Positions 11,200-21,068 of a stretch of DNA of 64,000 nucleotides are shown piece after piece (position 1 is the first letter of the stretch; each line of letters starts with the position of its first letter). Position numbers and translations under genes: made by a program. Source of the stretch: Aromatoleum sp. (GTDB taxonomy: Bacteria; Pseudomonadota; Gammaproteobacteria; Burkholderiales; Rhodocyclaceae); NCBI RefSeq assembly GCF_032027225.1, contig NZ_JAVSMM010000015.1:20093-84092 (forward strand), given 5' to 3'. A model generated the notes under the pieces. That model saw nothing but the letters and a program-made list of their open reading frames with translations, ran no database searches and was not told the origin of the DNA.

Positions 11200-12102
11200 C
11201 TAGACGGTTCCGTTCTTCAAGAAATACTGCCGCTCGAACTCTACCGGCGAGAGCTGGTTGGTGAAACCGTGGCGTCGTCGCGGGTTGTAGAAGAGCTCGA
11301 TGTAATCGAACACATCCGAGCGAGCCTGAGCCCGATCGGCATAGATTTTTCGCTTGATCCGTTCCCGCTTCAGAAGCTGAAAGAAGCTTTCCGCGACCGC
11401 ATTGTCATGGCAGTTGCCGCGCCGACTCATGCTCGGTACCAAACGGTGCGCCTTCAGGAAGTCTTGTCAGTCGTGGCTGCTGAACTGACTGCCCTGATCC
11501 GAATGCACCACCACCTCCTCGGTGGGTTTGCGACGCCACACTGCCATCAGCAAGGCGTTCAACGCCAGCTCCTTGGTCATCCGCTCACCCATCGACCAAC
11601 CGACAACCTGACGGGAGAACAGATCGAGCACCGCGCACAGGTACAGCCAGCCCTCATGGGTCCGGATGTAAGTGATGTCGGTCACCCAGCTCTTGTTCGG
11701 AGCTGTCGGGGCAAACTGACGCTCGAGCAGATTCGGCGCGACCATCGCCGGCCGGCCACCGTAGCGACCAGGGCGGCGTCCATAGCCGGTGTGTGAGCGC
11801 AACCCTGCCAAGCGCATCAGCCGCGCCACGCGATGCTTGCCACACGGTTCGCCCATGTCGTGCAGATCGTTGCGGATCTTGCGATAGCCATAGATGCGCC
11901 CGCTGGCTTCCCAGCATTGAGTAATCAACGCTTCGACGCGCTTGTCATTAGCCGAGCGCTCGGAGACGGGTTGCTGCTTCCACGCGTAGTAACCGCTCGG
12001 ATGGACCGCCATCGTTGAACACAGGCGACGCACGGGATACAGCGCCGCGTGGGCGTCGATGAAGGCGTACTTCACCCGGACTGCTTGGCAAAGTACGCGG
12101 CG
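11200..12102 (-). pseudogene. IS3-family OrfB (rve integrase-core transposase), with a premature in-frame stop
   Basis: KYAFIDAHAALYPVRRLC...WVTDITYIRTHEGWLYLCAVLDLFSRQVVGWS...VVVHSDQGSQFSSHD, then TGA at 11467-11469 where the family has Trp. It continues in frame with QDFLKAHRLVPSMSRRGNCHDNAVAESFF...YNPRRRH. Confidence 0.75.
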
Positions 12103-12719
12103 CTCGGGACGAAAGCTCGCTCGCAGGAGCCCACATGCGTGTAGCCGCTGCAACCACTGAGCATCGTTGACGTCGCTCTTGCGCCCAGGCACCGCGCGTG
12201 CTTCGCGGGCGTTGGCGACCACCACCTCGATTCCCCGATCCTGAAGCACCTCGAATACGGGTACCCAGTAGACACCGGTCGACTCCATCGCCACGGTCTC
12301 GATCCCGATTGAAACCAGCCATTCAGCCAGCTTCTCGATCTCGCCCGTGAAGGCCTGGAAGGTTCGAACCGGCTCACCACACAGGTCGGGTGGAACCGCA
12401 ACAACGTGAAAGCGTGCGCCGATATCGATGGCGGCCGCCCGCCCATGTATGACGGGAAGTCCGACGGCGTTGTGACTTTGATCTCTCATGATCCCTCCTG
12501 CGGATAACGCACGCCGGATGGAGCAACGGATCAGATCACCTTCCTAAACGGGGTCATGCAACATGCCACCACGGTTGGGTCCGCTTGTGCCCCAGGGGCC
12601 AAGTTTTTTGACGGGGTCGGATACCTCCAAGAAGCTGACGGCCTCGGTCCGGGTGCCCCTTCAGTGTAGGCGCCGGCCGTTTCTATGCAAATGGGGCACG
12701 GCAATGCCGTGAGGGCGTT
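12103..12719 (-). mobile_element. IS110-family element fragment (5' non-coding end plus about 130 N-terminal codons of the DEDD transposase) inserted in the IS3 orfA/orfB junction
   Basis: ATG at 12489 opens MRDQSHNAVGLPVIHGRAAAIDIGARFHVVAV...IETVAMESTGVYWVPVFEVLQDRGIEVVVANA...VNDAQWLQRLHACGLLRASF, the IS110 N-terminal domain. IS3 orfA sequence resumes on both sides (..DILK | insert | AAYFAKQSG). Confidence 0.6.
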
Positions 12720-12986
12720 TTTTAGGATGTCGCGCTCCTCGGTCACGCGCCGCAACTCGGCCTTCAGCCGCCGGATCTCGTCGGCTTGGCTGTCGTGCTC
12801 GGCGCGCTGCTCCGCGGGAACCGAATAGCGCTTGATCCAGGTGTAAAGGCTGTAAGCGCTCACGCCAAGCCTCACGGACACCTCGGCAACCGGATGCCCC
12901 CGTTCGGTCACCTGCTTGACCGCTTCGATCTTGAACTCTTCGGTGAAGCGCCGTTGCGCCTTCTTCGTTTCCATCAACACCTCCAT
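12720..12986 (-). pseudogene. IS3-family OrfA (HTH transposase subunit), interrupted at its 3' end
   Basis: METKKAQRRFTEEFKIEAVKQVTERGHPVAEVSVRLGVSAYSLYTWIKRY...LKAELRRVTEERDILK, then it runs into the IS110 fragment. Confidence 0.7.
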
Positions 12987-13224
12987 GACGCCTCATTGTG
13001 AGGCAAAAGGGTGTCTAGGAAACCTGGGGCGATTCAAGGCCGGACTGGTTCCGCGTGCGGACACACGGGCAGTGGCGTACTTTCTGAGCGCGCTCCACTG
13101 AGTCGTGAACTGGTACAAGCCAGGTGGCGCCCTGTCGCCCGAGCAGATCGCCGACGACCTGGTCGACTGGCTTACTGGCTTCCCGGAGCGCTCCGACAAG
13201 ATTCGTTGAGCCGTCGATTCCCGT

Positions 13225-14019
13225 TCATCCTGGCTTACCCAGCGACAACAAGGTCGCGTCGTAGCTCGCAGGCAACAAGCCATCGACTCTCCGGTGCCTT
13301 TCGTAGTGACCGACAAGGGTGCGCCAGACACCCTTCCCGAATAGCCCATGCCGACGCGTCGGGCCCACCTGGTGGGCGCCGATGGCTTTGATGTCTCTCA
13401 GAAGCCCGCCCAGGTCGGGAGCGAGGGCGAAGACTGTGTCGACTTCATGCCCGGCGACCTCCAGCCCGGCACTAGCCGCGCGAGCTGTAAGCTGTTCCGG
13501 CGACTCGAAGTCGATCACATGCTGCGCATCGTCGATATCGGAAAAGGCCTCCCTCAATTCCCACAAGGTACGCGGCCCCAAGGTGGCAATCCACGCGCGC
13601 CCTCCCGGCCGCAATACCCGGGCAATCTCCGTCAAGCTGCGCTGCGAGTCACACCATTGCAGCATGAGACTTGACCAGAGCACATCGACTGACTCGCTGG
13701 CCAGCGGGAGCTGCTCGATGTCCGCACATAGCCGAATGCAGCCATATCCATCCCTTACCGGCATACGAAGCAGCATCCCAGGCGCAAAATCCATCGCGAT
13801 GATTTCGGCATCCAGGAATCGAGCGTGCAGGAGCCCCAACGCATAGCCCGTACCGCAGCCGGCATCGACGACTCGCCGGGCACTGCGGGTCACAGGATGG
13901 CGGTCGCTAAAGTCCAACAGGCGTCCACACACCTCCCGCTGAACCACGGCGGCTGCGTCATATGTTTCGGCCGCGCGCTCGAACGCCGCCCGGACGCTCT
14001 GTTTGTCAGGTTTCGACAC
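13225..14019 (-). CDS. bioC: malonyl-ACP O-methyltransferase BioC
   Basis: KQSVRAAFERAAETYDAAAVVQREV...VVDAGCGTGY (SAM motif I)...LRPGGRAWIATLG. It lies immediately downstream of bioB. The start is uncertain: GTG 14019 has AGGAG 8 nt upstream, and the ORF track uses TTG 14046. Confidence 0.75.
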   Translation of the reverse strand: MSKPDKQSVRAAFERAAETYDAAAVVQREVCGRLLDFSDRHPVTRSARRVVDAGCGTGYALGLLHARFLDAEIIAMDFAPGMLLRMPVRDGYGCIRLCADIEQLPLASESVDVLWSSLMLQWCDSQRSLTEIARVLRPGGRAWIATLGPRTLWELREAFSDIDDAQHVIDFESPEQLTARAASAGLEVAGHEVDTVFALAPDLGGLLRDIKAIGAHQVGPTRRHGLFGKGVWRTLVGHYERHRRVDGLLPASYDATLLSLGKPG

Positions 14020-14085
14020 CTCCGTCGCTCCTCTCCACGAACGCAACTCCGTTCACTGTTTGCTAACCTTTCCGCGCAGTCCCGC

Positions 14086-15099
14086 TCAAACGTCCGCAGC
14101 TGCCTCAGCCCTGAGTCCCAGGCGCTGGAAGAACTGCCGATCCTCGTCGAAGTCCGGATTACCCGTCGTAAGCAACTTGTCGCCGTAGAAGATGGAATTC
14201 GCGCCGGCCAGGAAACAAAGGGCCTGAGCCGCCTCCCCCAGCTCGCGGCGGCCAGCCGACAAACGTATCCGGGATTTGGGCATCGTGATCCGCGCCACTG
14301 CGACGACTCGCACGAATTCGATCGGATCCAGAGGCGGCGCATTCTCCATCGGCGTGCCGGGGATGGCCACCAGGTTGTTGATGGGAACGGACTCGGGATA
14401 CGGCTCCAGACTGGCCAGCTCGGCGATGAGGCCGGCACGGTGCGCACGGCTTTCGCCCATGCCGAGGATACCGCCGCTGCACACCTTGAGGCCGGCCTCG
14501 CGCACCGTCGCAAGGGTGTCGAGACGGTCCTGATAGCTGCGGGTGGTGACGACCTGGCCGTAGTAGCCCGGATCGGTATCCAGGTTGTGATTGTAGTAAT
14601 CGAGCCCCGCGTCCTTGAGGACCTGTGCCTGGTGAGGCTTGAGCATGCCCGCCGTGAGGCAGCTTTCCATGCCGAGGCCTACGACCGTCTCAACCAGGCG
14701 GCCGAGCGCGGGAAGATCCCGGTCGCGCACCTGGCGCCAAGCGGCCCCCATGCAAAAACGGGTCGCCCCGGCCTCCTTGGCGGCGACGGCGGCAGCCCGC
14801 ACGGCCGCCTCGTCGAGCATCGGCTCGGCCGGCACTCGCCCGTCGTGGTGGGCCGACTGGGAGCAATAGCCGCAGTTCTCGGCGCACCCGCCGGTCTTGA
14901 TCGAAAGCAGCGTGGAAAGCTGGATCTCAGTGGGGTCGAAGTGTTGCCGGTGAACCTCCTGGGCACGGAACAGGAGATCCGGTAGAGGCAGATCCAGTAG
15001 AGCGGCCACATCCGTCACCGACCAGCGGGCGGTATGGCAATCGCGCATTTGAGCTGCGGGTTCGCCGCGGCGATGCATAGTGATGGGTTCGGCTTGCAT
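14086..15099 (-). CDS. bioB: biotin synthase BioB (radical SAM)
   Basis: [19 protein letters not shown] (CxxxCxxC), [22 protein letters not shown] 15099 has AGGAG 10 nt upstream. The longer track ORF starts at 15135. Confidence 0.9.
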   Translation of the reverse strand: MQAEPITMHRRGEPAAQMRDCHTARWSVTDVAALLDLPLPDLLFRAQEVHRQHFDPTEIQLSTLLSIKTGGCAENCGYCSQSAHHDGRVPAEPMLDEAAVRAAAVAAKEAGATRFCMGAAWRQVRDRDLPALGRLVETVVGLGMESCLTAGMLKPHQAQVLKDAGLDYYNHNLDTDPGYYGQVVTTRSYQDRLDTLATVREAGLKVCSGGILGMGESRAHRAGLIAELASLEPYPESVPINNLVAIPGTPMENAPPLDPIEFVRVVAVARITMPKSRIRLSAGRRELGEAAQALCFLAGANSIFYGDKLLTTGNPDFDEDRQFFQRLGLRAEAAADV

Positions 15100-15559
15100 T
15101 TGATTGTGTCTCCTCTTGCCTTCGACTTCACGCAACTACTACTGAGGCAAGAATAGGCAGCACTGAGCAATCACGTGCGCCAATGAGGTTGCAAATACTG
15201 CCACCAATATCCAAAACACTGCACGGGCGCCCGCACATAACTCCTCCATCTTCACCCCCATTCGGGGGATAGCAATTTCCGTATCTGAGTCTCCTTGATC
15301 AGTGACAAAGGATGCCTGCTGCCGCAATCTGACGAGCGTAGCCCGCGGCATTAAGGTTGCAGATATTGCCACCATCACGCTTTTCAGACTCCTGAGCTAG
15401 ACGCTTCTTCGCATCGCCGACCGGCGCCTGCCCCGGCAAGTGCCCCTTCCCCCCATTCAGGGGATGGGCGGACTCCCGCACACGCTCGATGATTGCGACA
15501 AGCAGCGTCCGCCCCTACGGGCGGCGCGTCTCATGCCCATCATTCAGAAAGGAGATGTG

Positions 15560-17935
15560 ATGAACTCCAACTTCCGTCGCATAGCGGTGCTCGGGGCCGG
15601 GGTCATGGGTGCGCAGATTGCTGCGCACCTCGCGAACGCCGACGTTCCAGTGCTTCTGTTCGATCTCCCGGCCCCCGAAGGCAATCCGAACGGGATCGTC
15701 CTCAAAGCACTGCAGCGCCTGCAGAAGATGGAACCGGCACCGTTCGTCACCCGCGAACGGCTGAACTACATTGATGCAGCCAACTACGACCAGCATCTCG
15801 ACCAGCTTCGAGAGTGCGACCTGATCATCGAGGCCATTGCCGAGAAACTGGAACTCAAGGAACGCCTTTACCAGCGGATCGCCCCCTTCATATCACCAGA
15901 CGCAATCTTCGCCACCAACACTTCCGGCTTGCCGCTCGCACAGTTGTCCGCAGTGCTTCCGGAAAACCTTCGGAACCGGTTCTGCGGCGTGCACTTCTTC
16001 AATCCGCCACGCTACATGCCGCTGGTCGAGTTCATTCCCGGTCCGCAGACGGATGCGGACGTACTCGACCGCCTCGAGCCGTGGCTGGTATCGCGCCTCG
16101 GCAAAGGGGTCGTCAGGGCCAAGGACACACCGAATTTCATCGCCAACCGCATTGGCGTGATGTGGATGCTGAGCGTCATCCACCACACTGAACGCTTAGG
16201 CCTGGATTTCGACGAAGTGGATGCCCTCACGGGGCCGAAGATCGGCCTGCCGAAAAGCGCCACTTATCGCCTGCTGGACGTCGTCGGCCTCGACACCATC
16301 GCCAACGTCATTGAGGGAATGGGCCGCAATTTGCCCGACGATCCCTGGGCTCCCCATTTCAGCGTACCGGCCTGGGCTGCCGCGCTGATCGGCCGGAGGC
16401 AGCTCGGACAGAAGACCAGCGGCGGCATCTACCGGAGAGAGGGGCGCGACACCAGGGTTCTCGATCACGCCACAGGCGACTTCCGCCTCGCAGGCGGCAA
16501 GATCGCCCAGGAAGTCGACGACATCCTGAAGATCGGCGACGCTGCGGCGCGGCTGACCGCCTTGCGCAGCAGCGATCACCGGCAGGCCAAGCTCCTGTGG
16601 TCCTGCCTGCGCGACATCTTCCATTACTGCGCCGTGACTTTGGCCGAAATCGCCGACTGTGCGCGAGACGTCGACTACGCGATGCGCTGGGGCTACGGAT
16701 GGAAGCAAGGGCCGTTCGAAATGTGGCAGGCGGCCGGGTGGCAGACGGTGGCGGAAATGATCCGGGAAGACATCGAGGCGGGCAAGACCATGGCCGCTAC
16801 GCCGCTGCCGGCATGGGTAGCAACTTGCAACGGGGTCCATGCGGCAGAAGGATCATGGTCGGCGACCGCCGGACGGCTCGTGCCGCGCTCCTCGCTGCCG
16901 GTCTATCGTCGGCAGATCTTCCCCACCCAGCTGTTGGGCGAGTCAAGGAACCATGGCGACACGGTATGGGAGAACGAAGCAGTGCGGCTGTGGACGCTGC
17001 CCGCGATTGATCCGCGCATCCTGATCGCGAGTCTGCAAACGAAGTCGCATGCGGTGAGCAAGGCGGCTCTTGCGGGCCTCAGCGAGGCCGTGACGCTGGC
17101 CGAACGTGACTACGACGGGCTGGTGCTCTGGAATGAACCGCCCTTCGCCGTGGGCGCGAATCTCGTCGAGGTGCTCGCATTGATCGATGAGGGCAATTTC
17201 GACGGCCTGGAGCGTTTTGTTGCCGACTTCCAGCGGACCGCGGGATTGCTGCGTTACAGCCAAGTACCGACAGTCGCAGCGGTGCAGGGGACGGCCCTCG
17301 GCGGCGGATGCGAGTTCCAGATGCAATGCGCGCATCGGGTGGTTGCCCTCGAGTCACGCATCGGGCTTGTCGAAGCGGCCGTCGGGCTCATCCCGTCCGG
17401 CGGAGGATGCAAGGAGCTCGCCCTGCGCGCCGCCTTCCTGGCCGGACAACAACAGTACGGCGAACCGAACCCGGCCGTGTATGCGGCCTTCCAGCACGTC
17501 TCCACCGGCAAGGCGGCGAAGAATGCGCTGGAGGCCCAAGGCATGGGACTTGTGTCGCCGACCGACACCATCCTGTTCAACCCGAACGAAGTCCTCTACG
17601 TCGCCATTCGCAAGGCACGAGCACTGAGCGAGTGCGGCTACCGCCCTCCCCTGCGCCCGCGCAGCGTCAAGGTCGCCGGACGAGGCGGCATCGCCACACT
17701 CGACCACGGGCTGGTGAACATGCGCGACGGGGGTTTCATCTCTCCCCACGATTATCGCGTCGCTCACGCCATCGCCGTCGCCTTGTGCGGAGGCGAAGTC
17801 GAAACGGGCTCGCTGGTGGACGAGCAATGGTTGCTCGACGTCGAACGTCAGCAATTCATGACCCTTGCCCGAACACCCGAATCACGGGCGCGAATCGAAC
17901 ATATGCTCAATAACGGCAAGCCTTTGCGCAACTGA
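15560..17935 (+). CDS. fused 3-hydroxyacyl-CoA dehydrogenase / enoyl-CoA hydratase (HAD N-terminal, crotonase C-terminal)
   Basis: MNSNFRRIAVLGAGVMGAQIAAHLA Rossmann motif. The C-terminal crotonase region reads TVAAVQGTALGGGCEFQMQC. GGAG lies 5 nt upstream of ATG 15560. The track ORF begins at 15440, inside the intergenic region. Confidence 0.85.
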   Translation: MNSNFRRIAVLGAGVMGAQIAAHLANADVPVLLFDLPAPEGNPNGIVLKALQRLQKMEPAPFVTRERLNYIDAANYDQHLDQLRECDLIIEAIAEKLELKERLYQRIAPFISPDAIFATNTSGLPLAQLSAVLPENLRNRFCGVHFFNPPRYMPLVEFIPGPQTDADVLDRLEPWLVSRLGKGVVRAKDTPNFIANRIGVMWMLSVIHHTERLGLDFDEVDALTGPKIGLPKSATYRLLDVVGLDTIANVIEGMGRNLPDDPWAPHFSVPAWAAALIGRRQLGQKTSGGIYRREGRDTRVLDHATGDFRLAGGKIAQEVDDILKIGDAAARLTALRSSDHRQAKLLWSCLRDIFHYCAVTLAEIADCARDVDYAMRWGYGWKQGPFEMWQAAGWQTVAEMIREDIEAGKTMAATPLPAWVATCNGVHAAEGSWSATAGRLVPRSSLPVYRRQIFPTQLLGESRNHGDTVWENEAVRLWTLPAIDPRILIASLQTKSHAVSKAALAGLSEAVTLAERDYDGLVLWNEPPFAVGANLVEVLALIDEGNFDGLERFVADFQRTAGLLRYSQVPTVAAVQGTALGGGCEFQMQCAHRVVALESRIGLVEAAVGLIPSGGGCKELALRAAFLAGQQQYGEPNPAVYAAFQHVSTGKAAKNALEAQGMGLVSPTDTILFNPNEVLYVAIRKARALSECGYRPPLRPRSVKVAGRGGIATLDHGLVNMRDGGFISPHDYRVAHAIAVALCGGEVETGSLVDEQWLLDVERQQFMTLARTPESRARIEHMLNNGKPLRN

Positions 17936-17951
17936 TCAGGAGACTCCTTTC

Positions 17952-19145
17952 ATGAATACTCGATATCAGGATGCCTATCTCGTTGCCGTCGCCCGTACCC
18001 CGGTTGCAAAGCGCAACGGCATGTTCCGTCACGTCCGCCCGGACGACATGCTGGCCCACGTGCTCAAACATGCAGTCGCCCGGGTTCCCCAACTCGATCC
18101 CCGGGAGATCGCCGACGTCTACGTCGGCTGCGCAATGCCAGAAGGCGAACAAGGCATGAACGTCGGCCGCGTCGGAGTCCTGCTGGCCGGCCTGCCGGAC
18201 AGCGTACCGGCAGTCACGATCAATCGCTTCTGCTCGTCGGGCCTCAACGCGGTCGCCATGGCGGCCGACCGCATCCGCCTCGGCGAAGCCGACGTGACGA
18301 TCGGCGCCGGCGCCGAGTCCATGTCCGTCATGCCCCAAATGTTCGGCAAGGGACTCTACGCCAACCCCAGATGGATGCTCGACGAAAACATCGGCATCGC
18401 TTACGGCATGGGACTCACTGCAGAGCGAGTGGCCGAGCGCTGGAACATTTCCCGCGACGACCAGGATGCGTTCGGTGCGTCGAGTCACGAGAAGGCCCTG
18501 GCAGCCATCTCCGGGGGCAGGTTTGAAGCCGAGATCGCGCCATACACGGTCACGGCCCAGCTGATCGGTACGTGCGGCGCCCCCAAAACGGTGGAGACGA
18601 TCTGCAGCACCGATGAAGGCCCGCGCGCCGGCACGACCAGAGAGAGCCTCGCCAAGCTCAGGCCGGTGTTTGCCGCAAAAGGTTCGGTGCCGGCGGGCAA
18701 CGCCTCGCAGATGTCCGACGGCGCCGGTGCCGTCGTACTGATGAGCGAGGCTGCCCTCAAGCGATACAACGTCGAACCGCTGGCGCGCTTCGTCAGCTTC
18801 GCCGTCGCCGGTGTGCCGCCCGAAGTGATGGGCATCGGCCCCATCGAAGCAATTCCCCGGGCCTTGAAGGCAGCGGGGTTGAAGCAGTCCGACATCGACT
18901 GGTTCGAACTCAACGAAGCCTTCGCTTCCCAGGCACTTGCGGTCATGCGCACGCTCGACATCGACCCTTCCAAGGTTAACCCGCAAGGCGGCGCCATTGC
19001 GCTCGGTCACCCACTGGGCGCAACCGGCGCAATCCGCGTGGCGACCCTGGTCAATGGCATGCGCCGGGAGAAGAAGAAGTACGGAATGGTCACCATGTGC
19101 ATCGGAACCGGGATGGGTGCCGCAGGCATCTTCGAGGCGTTTTGA
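17952..19145 (+). CDS. acetyl-CoA C-acyltransferase (3-ketoacyl-CoA thiolase, FadA type)
   Basis: AYLVAVARTPVAKRNG, INRFCSSGLNAVAMAA (active Cys), NEAFASQ, GGAIALGHPLGATG, MCIGTGMGAAGIFE. Confidence 0.9.
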   Translation: MNTRYQDAYLVAVARTPVAKRNGMFRHVRPDDMLAHVLKHAVARVPQLDPREIADVYVGCAMPEGEQGMNVGRVGVLLAGLPDSVPAVTINRFCSSGLNAVAMAADRIRLGEADVTIGAGAESMSVMPQMFGKGLYANPRWMLDENIGIAYGMGLTAERVAERWNISRDDQDAFGASSHEKALAAISGGRFEAEIAPYTVTAQLIGTCGAPKTVETICSTDEGPRAGTTRESLAKLRPVFAAKGSVPAGNASQMSDGAGAVVLMSEAALKRYNVEPLARFVSFAVAGVPPEVMGIGPIEAIPRALKAAGLKQSDIDWFELNEAFASQALAVMRTLDIDPSKVNPQGGAIALGHPLGATGAIRVATLVNGMRREKKKYGMVTMCIGTGMGAAGIFEAF

Positions 19146-19291
19146 CGAATGCTGAACCGAAACCGACACCAGGAGTCACGATGAGTCATTATGCTGCGCC
19201 GATCCAGGCAATGCGCTTCATCATTCAAGACGTCGTCGGCATCGACGGGATCGCCACCCTGCCGGGCTACTAAGATGCAAGCCTGGATGTT

Positions 19292-20962
19292 ATGGCGGCG
19301 ATCCTCGACGAAGCCGACAAGTTCGCCAGCGAGGTGCTCGCCCCGCTGAACCGGGTGGGCGACATCCAGGGATGCCGCCTGGAGGACGGGAATGTCGCGA
19401 CGCCCGCGGGCTGGCAGGAAGCCTATCGGACATTCCGCGCCGGCGGCTGGCCCACGATCGCCGCACCCCATGAATATGGCGGGCAAGGCATGCCCAAGCT
19501 GGTAGCCGCTGCGGTCATGGAGATGTGGCAGGCGTCGAACCTCGCTTTCTCTCTGATGCCGCTACTGTCCACCGGCGCCGCGGAAGCCCTGCAAATCGCC
19601 GCATCCGAACCGATCAAGCAGAAATACCTGCCGAAACTGGTTTCCGGGCAATGGGGCGGCACCATGAACCTCACGGAACCACAGGCGGGCTCCGACCTCG
19701 CCGCCCTGCGTGCTCGCGCCGAACCGGCGGCCGACGGCAGCTACCGCATCTTCGGGCAGAAGATCTTCATTACCTACGGCGAACACCAGCTCACCGACAA
19801 CATCCTCCACCTCGTTCTCGCGCGCCTGCCCGATGCACCGCCCGGCGTGAAGGGCATCTCGCTCTTTCTCGTTCCGAAGTACCTCGTCAACGACGATGGG
19901 GCGCTCGGAGACCGCAACGACGTGCGCTGCGTTTCCGTCGAGCACAAGCTCGGCATCCACGCCAGTCCCACATGCGTCATGGCGTACGGTGACAACAGTG
20001 GTGCGATTGGCTATCTCGTCGGAGAGCCCAGTCACGGACTGGAGTACATGTTCGTGATGATGAACGAGGCCCGTTTTGGCGTCGGCCTGCAAGGCATCGC
20101 GATCGCCGAGCGCGCGTACCAGCAGGCGCTCGCCTACGCGCACGAGCGCATCCAGGGGCGCGACGCCCTCACCGGCGAGGGCAGCGTGCCGATCGCCGCC
20201 CACCCCGACGTGCGCCGCATGCTGATGTTGATGCAGTCGCGCACGCAGGCCGCGCGCATGCTCGCCTACTGGGTCGTAGGCCAGTTCGACGTCGCCCATG
20301 CCCACACCGATGCGTATGAACGCGAGCGGGCGCACCAGCTCGTCGATTTCCTGATCCCGATCGTGAAGGGCTGGAGCACCGAGGTCGGCAACGACTCCGC
20401 CTACCTCGGGGTGCAGATCCACGGCGGTATGGGCTTCGTCGAGGAGACTGGGGCCGCCCAGCATATGCGCGACGCACGCATCCTGACGATTTACGAAGGC
20501 ACCACCGGCATCCAGGCCAATGACCTGCTAACGCGGAAATTGCTGCGCGACAATGGCTCAAGCCTGAAACAGCTTCTGGCATGCATGCGTGCAGATCTCG
20601 ATAGCCTCAGGTCCATAGACGATCAACGCATCAAGGGCCTTGTTCCTCCTATGGAAGCGAGCCTCGTGCACTTCGAATCGGCTGCACTATCCCTGATCGA
20701 ACGTGGCAAGACGAACCTCGGCGCCGTAATGTTCGTTGCGGTTCCGTTCCTCATGCTTGCCGGAACCGTTTGCGGCGCCTGGCAATGGGGGAAGGCGGTA
20801 TTGGCTGCAAGCCGGCGGCTCGGCGATGGCACGGGGGATGCACGTTTCCATCGCGAGCAAATCGAACTCGCCCACTTTTACATGGCTCATGTGGCGACTG
20901 GCGCTTCGGCGCTCGCCGAAACAGTCGCTCATGGAGCACATGAATGGGGTATGGGTGCCTGA
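19292..20962 (+). CDS. long (about 590-aa class) acyl-CoA dehydrogenase; the annotated part is the frame downstream of an in-frame stop (possible pseudogene, see findings)
   Basis: GQGMPKLVAAAVMEMW, GGTMNLTEPQAGSDL, IFITYGEH, IHGGMGFVEETGAAQHMRDARILTIYEGTTGIQ. The family-typical N-terminus MSHYAAPIQAMRFIIQDVVGIDGIATLPGY is encoded in the same frame from ATG 19181, but is separated by TAA at 19271-19273. Confidence 0.8.
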   Translation: MAAILDEADKFASEVLAPLNRVGDIQGCRLEDGNVATPAGWQEAYRTFRAGGWPTIAAPHEYGGQGMPKLVAAAVMEMWQASNLAFSLMPLLSTGAAEALQIAASEPIKQKYLPKLVSGQWGGTMNLTEPQAGSDLAALRARAEPAADGSYRIFGQKIFITYGEHQLTDNILHLVLARLPDAPPGVKGISLFLVPKYLVNDDGALGDRNDVRCVSVEHKLGIHASPTCVMAYGDNSGAIGYLVGEPSHGLEYMFVMMNEARFGVGLQGIAIAERAYQQALAYAHERIQGRDALTGEGSVPIAAHPDVRRMLMLMQSRTQAARMLAYWVVGQFDVAHAHTDAYERERAHQLVDFLIPIVKGWSTEVGNDSAYLGVQIHGGMGFVEETGAAQHMRDARILTIYEGTTGIQANDLLTRKLLRDNGSSLKQLLACMRADLDSLRSIDDQRIKGLVPPMEASLVHFESAALSLIERGKTNLGAVMFVAVPFLMLAGTVCGAWQWGKAVLAASRRLGDGTGDARFHREQIELAHFYMAHVATGASALAETVAHGAHEWGMGA

Positions 20963-21039
20963 ACCTCACCGGTTCCGTGATCGAACAACGGCAGCGGGCA
21001 TGACGCGTTCTCTCCCCCTCCCTTTCCAAGGAGGATTTG

Positions 21040-21068
21040 GTCCGGACCTCAGCGTCCGGACTTTTTTT
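21040..21068 (+). terminator. Rho-independent terminator after the acyl-CoA dehydrogenase gene
   Basis: GTCCGGAC (21040-21047), loop CTCAGC, GTCCGGAC (21054-21061), then TTTTTTT (21062-21068). Confidence 0.7.

Larger units (their letters stand above)
11182..13036 (-). mobile_element. IS3-family insertion sequence (decayed), carrying a nested IS110-family fragment
   Basis: Terminal inverted repeats: TGAATCGCCCCCGGTTTCCTAGAC at 11182-11205 and its reverse complement with one mismatch at 13013-13036. Internal orfA/orfB remnants lie on the minus strand. Confidence 0.8.

Noticed and set aside
13099-13208. Short plus-strand frame VVNWYKPGGALSPEQIADDLVDWLTGFPERSDKIR* right of the IS3 element
   Set aside because: It looks like the C-terminal stub of a gene destroyed by the IS3-associated deletion. 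It is too short to identify and has no start.
15139-15481. Small minus-strand ORFs (79 and 60 aa) in the bioB upstream region, and a BirA operator
   Set aside because: The ORFs lack an RBS and overlap the duplicated motif. The repeats are direct, not the inverted TGTAAACC-type half-sites expected for BirA, so I make no operator call.
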